In this document: positions 1-14,633 of the stretch, one piece after another
How positions within the stretch are numbered: the stretch's first letter is position 1
Layout: every line of letters starts with the position of its first letter
Assembly (NCBI GenBank): GCA_951406725.2
Contig: OX597825.1
Span: 72,478,001 to 72,542,000, forward strand
Direction: 5' to 3'
Source: Octopus vulgaris
Taxonomy: Eukaryota
DNA length: 64,000 nt
Program-made: the position numbers and the translations under genes
Notes under the pieces: model-generated
What the model was told of the DNA's origin: nothing
What the model saw: the letters and a program-made list of their open reading frames with translations, nothing else
The model's database searches: none

Positions 1-182
1 CGTAACCACAAATCCTAAGCCTTTAACCTTTATCATGCATTCTTCTACATATTTCTTACTTATTTCTCTCTCCGACTTTGCTAAAGTCTTATTTGGCTCA
101 GGCAACTATTTCTTTCGGGATTAGCGTCTAAGCAATATAAGAGTGTATAGCGTGTCTATACACACATACCTATATACATATG

Positions 183-234
<52 letters not shown>

Positions 235-435
235 AACATATATGCAAATATATATACATACGAACATATATGCAAATATATATATATATATATATATACA
301 CACAGACATATACGTATATATAAATGCTAGGTGAAATCAGTGTTATGAGTGTGTGTGTGTGTGTATATACATACATGCATATGATATGAATGTATATACA
401 TATATGCATACACGCATATATATACATATATTCAA

Positions 436-466
<31 letters not shown>

Positions 467-575
467 TATAAACATACACAAAGACACGCACACATACACA
501 CACACATAAATGAATATAGATATGTCTATATACATATAGTAATATGTATATATTTCTATACATGTACAAGTAATT

Positions 576-612
<37 letters not shown>

Positions 613-1179
613 GCACATACACACATACACACACACACACACACAGACAAACACTGAGCCACACACACACAAACATGCCCAGTGCTTCAATGTTAGACTA
701 TCATAAAGAAAATAATGTCCAGCCTCATTACTCTTCTCATGATTTGAATCTTTCAATGCTTAATTATTTATGATAACCACATATTGGTCATTTCTAACAT
801 GTCTACCTCTACGCATGTACGTATCTGTCTGTGCACTCTGGCATTCACAGGATGCGCGCGCACACACACATACATACATACATACATACACTCACTCACA
901 GATACACACATATATATAGAGAGAGAATTAGGCGTAGCTGTATGTAAGAAGTTTACTTCACACTACATGTGTTCGTGGTTTGGGGTTCAGTTCCACTGCG
1001 TGGTACCTTCGGCAGGTGTATTCTACTATAATATCGCACCTGTGATTAGGTTAGTTAAACACAAACTGAAAGATTATCCTCGTCGTGTATATCTGTATAT
1101 TAAAGGAAGGGGACAACAAAACGAGGGCAGGACAAGCGTATCGGATAATTTAAAATATTTTAATTATTATAATCTTTTC

Positions 1180-1550
1180 TACTCCTTCGAAATTTCAAAG
1201 CAAGAGAAAAGAAATCCATGATGGTTCTCTGGAGGACTTTCGTTCTCAGCCGTCTGGATTACTGCTCCCAACGGTGGTCATCAAACAGTGTGAATTTGCT
1301 GACGGAACTCGAGGTAATCCAGGTATCAGTAACTGGGAGAGACTAAAAGAGTCAAGACTCTACTCCCTGGAACGAAGGCGGGGAAGATATGCAGTAATAT
1401 ACATCTAAAACATTCTAGTAATCTTGTTCCAAAATTTGGCATTGTCACTTACACAAACAGCTGGACGGGGCGCTAGTACGTGGTACCAATGGTTCCAAAT
1501 TTGCCATCCGGTAACAGGACCAGATACTGCAACAGCTTGGGTTTCAAAGG
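1180..1550 (+). mobile_element. CR1/L2-group LINE, decayed ORF2 C-terminal fragment
   Basis: Frameshifted translation reads MMVLWRTF.VLSRLDYCSQRW...WERLKE.RLYSLERRR.RYAVIYI..LVP.FGI, the post-RT region typical of CR1-group ORF2. Stops and indels are present. Confidence 0.75.
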
Positions 1551-1627
1551 AGGTTCAGTGAAAGTGTAGCAAAGCAAACAACGGTGCTCCAGCATGGCCG
1601 CAGTCCTTGAACTGAAATATAAAAGTA

Positions 1628-1659
<32 letters not shown>

Positions 1660-1666
1660 GTGTATA

Positions 1667-1703
<37 letters not shown>

Positions 1704-1829
1704 GTGGGGGGGGGGGGGGTTTGTGTGTGTGTGTGTGTGTGTATTTCTTTTTATATATATACATACATGCATACATATACATACGTACGTACATACATAC
1801 ATACATACATACATACATACATACATACA

Positions 1830-1862
<33 letters not shown>

Positions 1863-1948
1863 TTAAATAACCACCTTTTATCAATTCAATAAGGAAAAAT
1901 TAAATTATACCATTTAGAAAAATTACATATTATAGAATTATTATAAAT

Positions 1949-2016
<68 letters not shown>

Positions 2017-2587
2017 GTACTTGTTCCAAGAGTTTTTGAGTCAACTCATTTCTGAATTCCTGATAAACGAAGCCAGCAAAAAAGGTCGCGTTTTTACGGG
2101 AATCACTTCATTCCATCAACGCGTTGCACAAATTTTAATAATCTAGAAGAGAATGATACGCCGCCCACGCACGGCAGGAAGTAGAAGCCGGCATTTTCTT
2201 TCCCCAAAACACTTTGAAAAGGTAGAAACACTTTGCGTATACACCTACGGTAGTCAGACGGCTGACGTCTACTCAAAATTAGTGTAGGTGTCATACACCC
2301 ACACGCATATACACACAGGTATACATACATACATACATACATACATACATACATACATACATACATACATACATACACACATATATCTATATATGTATGT
2401 ACAGGTATGTCAGATATATATAATATCTACATACACACATACACAAATACACACAAATACACACACACGCACAAACATTTATAGAAAAAATTGCCGTACA
2501 AACATACATGCACATACATATAAGTATGCATGTAATGTATGTATGTGTGTGCATATATGCAATTGTTTTACGCATACGTATACATAG

Positions 2588-2656
<69 letters not shown>

Positions 2657-3224
2657 TATATACATATATATATATATATGCATACATATATATATATATA
2701 TGTATATATAATAATAATATGTATATATATATATATGTATTTATATATATATATGTCATGCATCCATATTCACATATATGTACACACATATATACATCAA
2801 TAAATAGGTATGTAAATTCATGTATCTGTGTGTGTGTGTGTTTTTTTGTTTGTTTTTTTTTTTGTATTTCTCTCCTAATACCATTAATTAACTGCGGTAC
2901 ATGTTTTAACGTGAATTGTCAAATCTCACTATTTAATTGCTAAATAAACATCGTTTAGAATAAGAACGTTTCCCATTGATTTCATGACAACAGCTGTTGA
3001 TACAAAGCCGCGCGTAATCTGCACATAAATAATTATTTTATAATTCGCCATCGCTTTATCTATTTACATAAGTTGGTTTCTGCAAATATTATTTATACGT
3101 CAATGATTGATTCATAACAAAAATCTATTGTTTTATGCCTATTATTTGTTTATTTAGTGCTGTCGTTATTTTCTTTGTAACAGAGAATAAATAACTTAGA
3201 GAGCTTCGTGAACGCAGGACAGAA

Positions 3225-3301
<77 letters not shown>

Positions 3302-3699
3302 TGTATTTTGTTATTAGGACTTCAAGTTCAAAATCTTGTGATGGTTTATTAGTGGCTTTGGTCTATTAAATGTGGTGTGATTGAAATAAGTGTCAGTTAT
3401 GATTTGGGATCAATGTAATCGATTTTACTATGTCTGTCAATAATGTTCGACCTTCTGCGTGTGTTTGTATTTGTATGCAGGTACGTATGTGTGTACGTAT
3501 GTGTATGTCTGTGTGTGTAAAAAGAAATTTACAGTAGATCTTACACTCACACATATGCAGACGTATAAATGTATGTATACAGACTTATATATATGTGCAT
3601 ATATATACATTTAAATATACATATATTTATACATATATATGCTTACACACACACACACACGCACACACACGCACACACACACACACATATATAAAGAAT

Positions 3700-4010
3700 C
3701 ACAACACATAAATACACTGCAACACAATTTCTTTTCCTCAACAGCCCCTGCCCTATTTCACATTGTCCCAAACAGATCAAAGAGAAAGAGGATCCCATCA
3801 CCTCCATCACCTTTAAACGGAATCTGGACAAATTTCTTCCAGGAATGCCAGATAAGCCACCTATACCTGCATACAACTCACTCAATAAAGAACTCCCTAC
3901 TAAAGTGGACCATGATACCACAAAACTCGAGTTAGAAAGGATTTACCTAATGCTATCAGGTGGTGCTATTAATTTAGACATCACCTGGACCAATCTTTGG
4001 TCGAAAACTA
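3700..4010 (+). mobile_element. CR1-group LINE 3' end (end of ORF2 plus 3' UTR hairpins)
   Basis: INTLQHNFFSSTAPALF..VP..I...ITFKRNLDKFL..PDKPPIPAYNSLN.NSLL.W across frameshifts, followed by stems CAGGTGGTG/CATCACCTG and GACCA/TGGTC. Confidence 0.7.
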
Positions 4011-4394
4011 TCAATATCTATAAAGCTGAAATGCAAATGTTTGTTTGTCTCATTTTGGGATGGGAACGGGATAAGGGGCACTAGATGGGATCGGATTGGC
4101 TCCAAAATTTACAAAGACGTAAAAGCAGGCGAGAAGTGAGTGGACTAGGTTAGAAACCCCTATCTCAAAAGCTGTGGTTACTTTGGCAACAAACCCCACA
4201 CTTTGACAAGTTTTTGTCGTTTCTTTCTTTCGGATATCACCTTCTCTTCCTCGATCTCTCTCTTTCCTCCCTTCCCTCCAGTTTTCTCTCTATAATGAAG
4301 TTTGACAGCTTCGCCGTCTCTCTGTCACTCTTTCTCCCACCACCTCTCTCAATGTGCAACTGTTTGTATCTATAGAGAGAAAGCGTTCTTCATT

Positions 4395-4806
4395 GGCGAA
4401 ACGCTAAGTTATTTTATCGATTTCGATTGAAGAACTGCTAAGTTATTTTATCGATCTCGTTGGCAAACCGCTAAGTTATTTTATCGAACAAGTTTGGCGA
4501 ACCGCTAGTTTATTTATCGTACGCGTTTGGCGAACCGCTAAGTTATTTTATCGATCTCCTTTGAAGAACCGCTAAGTTATTTTACCGATTTCCTTTGGCG
4601 AATCGCTAAGATATTTTATCGATCACGATTGGCGAACCGTTATGTTATTTTATCGATTTCCTTTTCGAACCGCTAAGTTATTTATCGTACGCATTCGATG
4701 AACCGCTAAGTTATTTTATGGATCTCGTTTGGCGAACCGCGAAGTTATTTTACCGATTTTCTTTGGTGAACCGCTAAGTTATTTTATCGATCTCTTTTGA
4801 CGAACG
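4395..4806. repeat. 34-bp minisatellite, about 12 copies, derived from SINE family A
   Basis: Unit GGCGAACCGCTAAGTTATTTTATCGATCTCGTTT is a circular permutation of the SINE A segment TTATTCTATCGGTCTCTTTTGCCGAACCGCTAAG (seen at about 27487-27520). Confidence 0.9.
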
Positions 4807-5084
4807 TTTCCGGTTACTTTTGTGTACCCACTAATACTCTATATTGGCTATAGAAAATAGTCTAAAATTGGCGCAAGGAAAGTAGGTTTTAGGAGAGTGG
4901 GGAATAGTTTATATCGGCCCTAATACTTGTCTGATGCTACCATCTACCGACCCGTGGGATGGGTCAAGAGTATACCCCAGCGAAATTTGAACTCTGAATG
5001 TAATGAACGGTAAGAAATGCCGCTAAGCAATCTGCCCGACTCGATAACGATTCTGTCAAATAATGTCTGCTGCATGTACGTATG

Positions 5085-5118
<34 letters not shown>

Positions 5119-5383
5119 TGTATGTATGTATGTATGTATGTATGTATGTATGTATGTATTGACGTATGTATGTATATGCTTTATAGGTATGCATGTATGT
5201 ATATCTGTTTGGTAAGAATTTCGTAGATTCTCCTTTCAACAGTAATTAGAGATATCTACACTTTGTTTATTATTAACTTCCATCTTCATTAATTAGTCGC
5301 TAATCAGCATCAAGGCATTTTTTCATATTTTTGTCGATATATTTCTGCATGAGATTTTGGCTTTTTGTGGGAGCCAAGGGTTT

Positions 5384-5416
<33 letters not shown>

Positions 5417-6151
5417 CACACATACACTCATTTATATATGTGTGTATATGCGTGTATGAGTGTGTGTGCTTGTGAGTGTATGTGGGTGTGTGTGTGTCTG
5501 TGTGAGAGAGAGAGGGGGAAGAGAGGCGCAGAGAGAGATTTTTCGTCGACGTCGCGCCAGTCAGTGCGCATTTATAATTTAGCGACTAAGAGGTTATGGT
5601 TATTGAATGTAGCGTATAACCTACTTCCACGACCTGATTCCACTAGTGTAGCATCTGCGATGGTAGCTTTATATTTATTGTCTGGTCTGTTAAAGTATGT
5701 TACTCACAGCTTTCATTCATCCAAAATATGGCACTGTCAAAATTCTATGCCAATATTTGTTACGTTTCTTTATTTCATTCCGTTTTTTTCCTCCCTCTCT
5801 CTCTACTACATATTAAATAATGCAACTTAGTAAATAATTTTGTGCTTTTGGCCGCTGCCTTCGACAAGATTTTTGAAATTTTTCATTTTTATAATTACGG
5901 AGATGTACTACTACACTACGCGGTCGATTGATCTTCGAGATATTGCAAGCGTATCTCCTTCGAATAACACCTTATTGTCTTAAATTAGAAGAAAATACAT
6001 TATATAATGTGGTCTTACTTACTACTCAAAAGAATAGTCAGTCGCAACTGGAGCGATGTCTATTGAAGTCCTTTTCTATACGGAATGACCTACAATATCT
6101 CCCAAAAACACCCCGAGTCTCTCAAATAACAAAATCATGCATCAAACCCTA

Positions 6152-6350
6152 TACGGAGAGTTTACGAAAAAAAAAGACGAAGACAGGGGGTGTACAAAAC
6201 AAACAGATGTATTAGTATAACGCTCAGGAATAGAAAAAGTATTTTACGTTTCGAGCCTACGCTCCTCTACAGAAAGGGACACAGAAAAAAACAAAAAGAG
6301 AAACAAGGAGAGAAAAAAATGTGTGTAGTGGCTAACGATCTATCATGGCG
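6152..6350 (-). mobile_element. Short Penelope-like non-autonomous element, copy 1 (second copy 40641-40777)
   Basis: Shares about 135 bp with 40641-40777 and contains a minimal hammerhead-like motif at 6241-6276. Confidence 0.65.
6241..6276 (-). ncRNA. Minimal type I hammerhead-like motif, atypical core CUGUAGA
   Basis: Minus strand: cttt CTGTAGA g GAGC gtag GCTC GAAA CGT A aaat. Stem II GAGC/GCTC, palindromic ACGT stem III, GUA cleavage triplet. Confidence 0.5.
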
Positions 6351-7129
6351 ACCACCTAAAATAAGGAATGGTGACGGGAGGAACGTCTTTCATTGTAGGT
6401 ATTTTCCACCAAGACTGAACTGACTTAGGCCTAACAGCAAGAGACTGGCAAAATAGTCTCTACTCACAAGCAGACCACAACAAAAAATCTTCAACTCTGC
6501 AATATGTCTTGAGTTTCATAACATTATAAACCTTGATATATCAATCAGACGAGACGAAATAAACTCACATTTTGAAACAGTTCACTTCTAAAACTGGGCT
6601 TAGTGCCTTAAATATATAAAGGTTACTCAACTTTCCCTTTTCATTTGTTAGAAGGTCCCCTGCTTCATTATTAATTATTTTATTTTTGTAAAACATGTTT
6701 CAAGCAAACTGGAACATTTTTCGTTCCGCTTTGTTTTGACAGGTATCTGCTGTCAGATGAATTTCTCATCGTATTTTTACTAACTTTTAATCAAATACGC
6801 TCTCTTATTCATCAATATCAATAAATATAATATTTTAATGAGAATATCTAAAGACTTAAAATCATGCATTTATTTTATTCTCATCCCCCAATTAAATAAA
6901 TTTAGATGAGTAATATGTGCAATAAATTTGTTTTACTTCATATACGAAGAATTAAAGATATTTATTCTTCTGAAAATAATTCTTCAGATCTTCCTACATA
7001 AAAAATATAAATTGAAAAATTGACCTTTATATATATATATTATATTATATTATATTATATTATATTATATATAATGATATATTACATTATATTATGTTAT
7101 ATCATGTTATAGTACACATATGTATATAA

Positions 7130-7211
<82 letters not shown>

Positions 7212-7697
7212 ATATATATATATATGCAGGTGGTAGAGTAAGGAATGTTAATTTGTTTTGGAAAGATATATGTAAATTAAAAAACCATTATATAACAAGT
7301 AGAGAGAAATCCTTTTATGGCGCCTCCAAATAAAAAAAAAAAAAACATACGTGAAATAGAATTTATAATTGCACATTAGATACATTTTGGATAGCATAGA
7401 AACATTTAGAGATATGATATCGAAAATGCTAGCTTTCGTGTGTGTATGTATGTATGTATGTATGTATATATGTATATATGTATGTATGTACAGGCAGAAG
7501 CGTGGTTGTGCTGTCAAGAAGCTCGCTCTGTAATCAAGTGAGTTCGGCCTTATTTCCCACTGCGTGACACCTAATTGAAGTTTTTTTCTGCTAACCAACA
7601 CCTAGGCCGACCAAAGTTTTCAGAGTCAATTTAGCAGACGGAAACTATACAGAGGTCCGTCATGTCATATACATAAATGTATATAAATGTATATAAA

Positions 7698-7980
7698 GTG
7701 GCACTCGGTCAGTTACATCAATGTCGTATTCAGTAGATCCGATCAACGGGGCAGCCTGCTCGTGAAATTAACGTGCAAGTGGCTGAGCACTCCACAGACA
7801 CGCGTACACTCAACGTAGTTCTCGGGGAGATTCAGCGTGATACAGAGTGTGGTAAAGCTGGCCCTTTGAAATACAGGTATTACAATTTTTTGCCAGCTGA
7901 GTGGACTGGAGCAACATGAAAGGTGTTTTGCTCAAGGACACAACGCGTCACTGGGAATTGAACTCACAACCTTACGATTG
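7698..7980 (-). mobile_element. tRNA-derived SINE family C
   Basis: Reverse complement of 45712-46010 (GTGAGTTCAATTCCC B box; TTGTGTCCTTGAGCAA; GCTCCAGTCCACTCAGCTGGCAAAAA). Confidence 0.85.
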
Positions 7981-8028
7981 TATATACAGTAAATATGTGT
8001 GTGTACTGTAAACCTGCATATACAGTGC

Positions 8029-8083
<55 letters not shown>

Positions 8084-8084
<1 letters not shown>

Positions 8085-8121
8085 ATTTGACAAGTTCTAA
8101 AGAGGAACGAAAACGCTAATA
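8084..8121 (+). ncRNA. Minimal type I hammerhead ribozyme, U3:A8 core variant
   Basis: tat TTGACAA GTTC taaagag GAAC GAAA acgc TA ata. Perfect 4-bp stem II with G10.1-C11.1, 1-bp stem III, short 3-bp stem I. AATAAA follows, and the element lies between (TA)n and (TACA)n. Confidence 0.5.
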
Positions 8122-9191
8122 ATAATGAAGAAATAAAAGGATTTTTTCCAAAATTCTGAGAACTCTTTTCTCAATATTCAATTCTGTACATCACACGTAA
8201 TACTCAATACATACATACATACATACATACATACATACATACATACATACATACATACATACATACATACATACATACATACATACATACATACATACAC
8301 ATTCATACCATTATATATACATACTTATATATATATATATATGTGTGTGTATGTATGTATGTATGTATGTATGTATGTATGTATGTATGTATGTATGTAT
8401 GTATACATGTATGTATGCATGTATACATGTGTGTGTATTAAATCCCCTAATCTCTAGTCGTAACTTTCTTCCTAAATAATTTAGCAGTCAACTGGTTTCT
8501 CCTTTCACAACTACCAACTCATACTCCTTTAGCTAAAAAATATTTCTATAGCCACTGACCTAAGCCATAAAACGGACACAGACCCTTACTACCTGATTTC
8601 CTTCTCAACCCGTACAAACCAAAACAACACTGGCACCCACAATTCTCTTTGAATACCTTCCATTTTACTTCATTCTGTATTCTTTACGTTATCTTCCTTT
8701 ACCTTTTCCTCTCTCCTTATTTACCCTTATATATATATTTTTCTTCTTCTTTATTTTTGTATATTATATTTCTGTATGCCTTATTTTATACTTCTTACCA
8801 ATCCTTACATTCCTCCTCCTCTCTCTGTACCTCCAGCTTCCCTACCAATACCTTTCTTTCTTTCTATCTATTTTTCGTGACGTATATTTGCCATTTAAAT
8901 GTGGCTAACACCTAAGGGTGGATGCTACTGTAGTAGCATCTATCTCATCGTTTCTTATACCCTTCACATTTTCCTTGTTGGTTTCCGATCCCAGAAACAG
9001 CTGTAAGACTTTAATATTTATCCAATAATAATAATGCATATGACTTGAGATGTTTTTCTTGCCTCAGCGTTTGTTCTCTCTTTAACAATTTTATACATAA
9101 ATATGTGTGTGTGTGTATATATATATGTATATGTATATATGTATGTATGTATATATATATATGCATATATATATATATGTATGTATATATG

Positions 9192-9249
<58 letters not shown>

Positions 9250-9500
9250 TGTGTCATGACATCTTCAGCAAGTGAATTTAATATATATATATATATATAT
9301 GTGTGTGTGTATAGGTATTTCTGTGTTTCTGTATTTGTGTGTGCGTATGTGTATGTGAGTTGTTTTTTTGTTTGTTTGTTTTTTTGCGTGTGCGTGTGTG
9401 TGTGTTTTCTTTCCTGACCGAGGCTGTCTATTCCTGCTCCTGATTACTATCTAAATAAAAACACTTCATCCAAATATAAAGTGAAATTTGTACTATTTAA

Positions 9501-9549
<49 letters not shown>

Positions 9550-10421
9550 TTCTGAAGAATTCTTAATCGTAATTCCCTTACTTTTCTATCGAATGTAAAA
9601 CTTTATTTACACATTTGTGACCCCTTTCCTTTCTTCCTTTATTTTCTTTTCTTTTCTCTCTTTATTTCCACAGATTATTCATATATTCCTAAAGGAGCCA
9701 GTTCTCCAGCAGATGAACGTTTAAAAGCAGGCCTTATTTACAATGCGATGCTGCTTGTTATCTATTTAAAAGCTCTAAAAACAGTTCTGTTAATTTTAAC
9801 AAAAAATAATTTTTTAAATGTGTGACAATTTTCAAAGATAATATCTGTTTCTTATAATTATTTCAAACAAAATCATGTGAAATGAATTTTGTCTGGCCTT
9901 ACTTAATAACACCTGACGACAGTTTTTAAAAAAATAACTAGAACGAATTATCTTGTTTGAATTTTATTTATTTAATTCATGTTATAATAATGCCAATATA
10001 CTTTTATACACCTACAGAAAATTTTGCTTCTTAAACACCACTTTTTTCGGTCAAATTAATTTTATTAAGGTTTCATTCGAACCTAAAGCATGCAGAGTGA
10101 AGCAGCATAATAAAGATAGACCTCAGACTTTGTTGTGCATGCGCAGTAAGATATAATGATGTCGCTCAGAACCGTTGTTTATAAAAGTGCTCGGCAGTAA
10201 AGTATGTACTGTGTTATCGTGTCTTATAACACCAAAAAGGATCCGTCAGTGACCATGGCAGAGAAAATGAGTGTGAATGTATGTGTGTGTGTGTGCGTGT
10301 GTGTGTGTGTGTATGTGAGTGTGTGTGAGTGTGTGTGTGTGTATGTGTGTGTGTGTGTATGTGAGTGAGTGCGTGTGAGGAAAGAGGCAAGGTTTGAAAG
10401 TTATTACGGTCAAGAATCTTA

Positions 10422-10515
10422 TCAAAAATCAAATCCCACTTGAAGGAAACAAGATTTCAAGACGTCGGCGATATCCAAAAGAATACGACGCGGTAGCTGC
10501 TCGCCCTCCCCCAAA
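10422..10515 (+). mobile_element. mariner transposase C-terminal remnant
   Basis: SKIKSHLKETRFQDVGDIQKNTTR*LLALPQ resembles the mariner K..LKG.RF...EDI segment. Confidence 0.6.
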
Positions 10516-11609
10516 ATCACGGGTGTTGCACCTTAATCAGAAATCATTATTTAGTTCCATTTGAAGGTGGCAGATTGGGCGAACCGTTAGAACGTCGGAC
10601 AAAATGTCTAGTCGTATATAGTTCAAATCCTTTTAAGGTCAAATTTTCATCCTTTGAAACTAGATAAAATATAGAGGCAGCCCGGTACTGGATTCCCCTC
10701 AAATTTGCAAGCCTCGTGCTAAAATGGGAGACCCATGTTTAGTTCTACGTGGAGCTGGAGGAATGGCTGTATAGTTGGGACGTCAGACGAAATGTCTAGT
10801 TGCATTTAGTCACAGATCTTTTTAGGTTTCGAGTTCAAATCCAAAAGATCAACTTTGCCTTTCATCCATCCAGGGTCGATAAAAACAAGATGCCAGTCAA
10901 ATTTTGGAGTCGGTCGTATCAACGAAATCCAGCCCCTTCAAATTACAAACAGTGACAAGATCAGAAAGAGTGATGTAGCTCAGTGTGCGCGGCATAATGA
11001 TTAGAGGAATAAGCTCATGGTCATAAGGTTCTTGGTTCAATTCTGGGCCTGGGCGGCGAATTGTGTCATTGAGCAAGCATTCCATTTCATGCTGCCTCAG
11101 TTTACTTAGTGGATAATGAGTACCACCAAAATGCAAATGCAGTAATCTCTCTCTCTCTCTGTCTCTCTTCTTTCTCTCTCCCTCTCTCTCCTCTTTCTCT
11201 CTCTCTCCTTCTCTCTCTCTCTCTCTCTCTCTCTATTTTTCACATCTTCGATCAAGGCCAAGACAGTGCCTATCACTGCTGACAACACCATAAATACCCA
11301 AAGCAAAAAAGCAAAAGCATAGCACCTGCTTCCAAGTCACACTTTCTTACGTGGGACGGTAGCTATGGTATTTGCATCGAGATTCAAATTCTGCTGGAAT
11401 CAACTTGTTTCATTGGATGAATTTCATGCTATAATCACGTGGCATATAAAACAATGGATTCAATGGATTTCATTCCTTTTCCCTCTTTTCCCTCCATGTT
11501 TATGAAAGTACTTTGGTGTAAAAAATCGATATTACCATTAACATTTCTATCATTTATTACTATTGTGCTTTCTGAAGTATATATATAGATATAGATATAG
11601 ATATGTATA

Positions 11610-11663
<54 letters not shown>

Positions 11664-11690
11664 CATATTGATAGATATAGATATTGATAT

Positions 11691-11742
<52 letters not shown>

Positions 11743-12104
11743 TATATTATATTATATTATATTATATTTATAATTATATGTAAAGCTAAGATCTAAGGAT
11801 CCATGTGTAGGAAGTTAGTAAACTTCGAGCAATCCGTAGAAGGTATAAAAACACAACTTTCAGGAACAAAAGTGGTTTATTGATGGAGAAGGTCGTAAAT
11901 ATTTTCCATATCGAAGTTAGATAAGCTGAAAAAAAAGTTATTTCATAGTTCACGATTAGCAACTGGCGTTGCTATGTAATGCAAATAAAAGTATGTATGT
12001 ATGGGTGTGTATATGTATATGTGTGGGCGTGCGGGGGTGTCGAGTGTGTGTATATACATATGTACGTATCATATATATATATATATATATATGATACGTA
12101 CATA

Positions 12105-12194
<90 letters not shown>

Positions 12195-12571
12195 GCAATA
12201 AAGAAAAGAAGGAGATATTGAAGAAAGAGGGGTGTTCCCATCCCCTTTTCTTTATTCTCAACAATTTTATGAGATTCCCATTCCCAAATATTTGACCTCT
12301 TCCTTTCCTTTTTCTTACTTGTTGATAAATTTATTTCTTCAAACATTTGTTGTTGTTTTTTTTTATTCTGTTCATCCAGCTTCACCACGCATTTCAAATT
12401 ACATTTACGCTGTGTAACGACAGTGTAACCTCCATGTAATTAAGGTATCCTCGACCTGCGGAGGTGCTAGCTGAGTCCTCGTTGAGTAATCATTACATCA
12501 AAGGATATGTCAGCTACGTAACATATGAAGCCTGAATTTTACCTGTTCCACTCCCTCAATTTGCGTATGTG

Positions 12572-12640
<69 letters not shown>

Positions 12641-12777
12641 GAGAGAGACAGAGACAGACAGACAGAGAGTGAGTAAGAGAGAGAATTAGTTTTATATGTT
12701 TATGTAGATAGATAGATAGATAAAGGCCTGTATAATATATATATATATACATATTTAAATGAATATAAATTTGTTTG

Positions 12778-12833
<56 letters not shown>

Positions 12834-13284
12834 CATAATATATAAGTATAATATAAAATACATAATATATATTCATGTGTGTGTGTGTGCGTGCATGTAG
12901 TTATGTATGTATATTATAATCTCGTTAGCTACCTCTTGAATTGCTATAGCCAACCCGGGGGCAACAGGTTTAGTTCTTTAGCAGCTGACTCTTTAAGTGC
13001 AATCCATATTTTTTTATGTTATGTTGTTTGTTAATATAATTCCCGTTCAGCTTTTGTTAATTTAATAAAAAAGCTTCATAGAAATTTCTCAGCCAAAGAC
13101 GCCAAACAACATACCAGATTCGTGTAATTATTTTTTAAAAATAACTTAAAAGTACTTTTGTTTGTTTATACCTCTCAACACCTGACAACATTTTGAAAAT
13201 AAAAATAAAAAATGAACCACATTACCGACGTTCGTTCGTTTGTGTATTTAATATAATAGACTTCGAGAAATGCTATTAAGCTAT

Positions 13285-14210
13285 CGTTCAGCCACCCTCA
13301 CTACACCTCCTCATCCAATTCATACCTTCTCTTCTCGTCTCTGTTGCTATCGAACAAGACTCCGCCATCATTACCATCTCCAGCTTTGAAAAAAAACACC
13401 GACCGAGTCCTACATCTACCTCGGCTCACCTCTTCCCACCTTATCCATATCAATCACTAGCCCCCCCCCCCCACTTAATTCTTCCGCCTCCTTCGTCGTT
13501 GTAACCAAAAAAAACAATCTTCATTCATGGTCCAACCTCGTTACCCTGGTCGATTTCATGGACCCTTATTTGCACCTGTGCCCAAACCTTCTCTGCATCC
13601 ACCCTACAATCACCTTCCACCCTACATCCACCCTACAATCACCTTCCTTTACCTCTTACTAATCTCCATTTCTTGTTACTGTTCTAGCGCAGTACCCTAC
13701 GTAATTTCGAATCCTTCAATCTCAACGCATCCCACCCCACATTTAAAGGTTCCAAAATGTTTACAATCTCCTCGTTCATAATCGCTCTCTAGTCCCCACT
13801 CCGTACAGGATATGATATCCTTTTTTCGTCTTCCTCTCACTGTCATATCTGTCACTCCTCCAACACCTTCACCTTCACTGGGCTCAAGTACCATTCCTTC
13901 AACATAAATTACCCCTTCACCTACACCTCTATCATTTATACCTATTGCTTAACACACTCTTTCTATAACTCCCTATATATCGGACAGACAGTTGGCCCGT
14001 TTCCTAGGGGCGTCACTAAACGTTTTCTGAACATCTGTCACGAAAATTACTCTCATTTCACGCCATTTCCTCTCTGCAGATTACCCCATCCGGCGTTTCT
14101 TGATGTTTGGTTTATTCCGGAATCACGAATCCAACTCAAACAGGAACTCATCTTTATTGTCCAAAGATTTAGCCCGATGTATTCAACCACAGCATTCCTT
14201 TACTTTCAAA
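13285..14210 (+). mobile_element. Decayed Penelope-like retroelement (RT C-terminus plus GIY-YIG endonuclease remnant)
   Basis: NSLYIGQT with YIGQT at 13976-13990, followed across frameshifts by RF.EHL, SRHF and QELIF, which is the motif order of the PLE GIY-YIG domain. Strong C/T strand bias upstream. Confidence 0.65.
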
Positions 14211-14479
14211 TGCATACCACCGCTTTCTAAACGTGAGACATATATACACACTCATTCAAACCTAGACGCAAGAAAAATACAAATACAATAATATATGAAC
14301 AAACACACATGTATCATAGTTTCTTCACACAAATACCAAAAGCATAAACACGCACGCACTGTTACACATACCCTCCATTACACTAGCACGCCAGGTGAAA
14401 TGTTTAGCGGCCTTTCGTCTGTCTTTACGTTCTGAGTTCAAATTCCGCCGAGGTCGACTTTGCCTTTCATCCTTTCGGA

Positions 14480-14633
<154 letters not shown>

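Noticed and set aside
4012-4390. Helitron-like 5' end (ATCTATAAAGCTGAAATG...TGTTTGTTTGTC)
   Set aside because: No matching 3' hairpin plus CTRR end could be identified, and there is no second copy in the window.
4395-4806. CRISPR array
   Set aside because: The variable parts are only about 10 nt and are related to each other, the unit derives from a SINE, there are no cas genes, and the context is eukaryotic.
8990-9010. Hammerhead 3' half GAAACAGCTGTAAGAC; similar partial remnants at 14680-14727 (-), 24890-24940 (-), 29393-29405 (-), 40262-40305 (-)
   Set aside because: The core or a stem is missing or decayed; compatible with dead copies but not callable as ribozymes.
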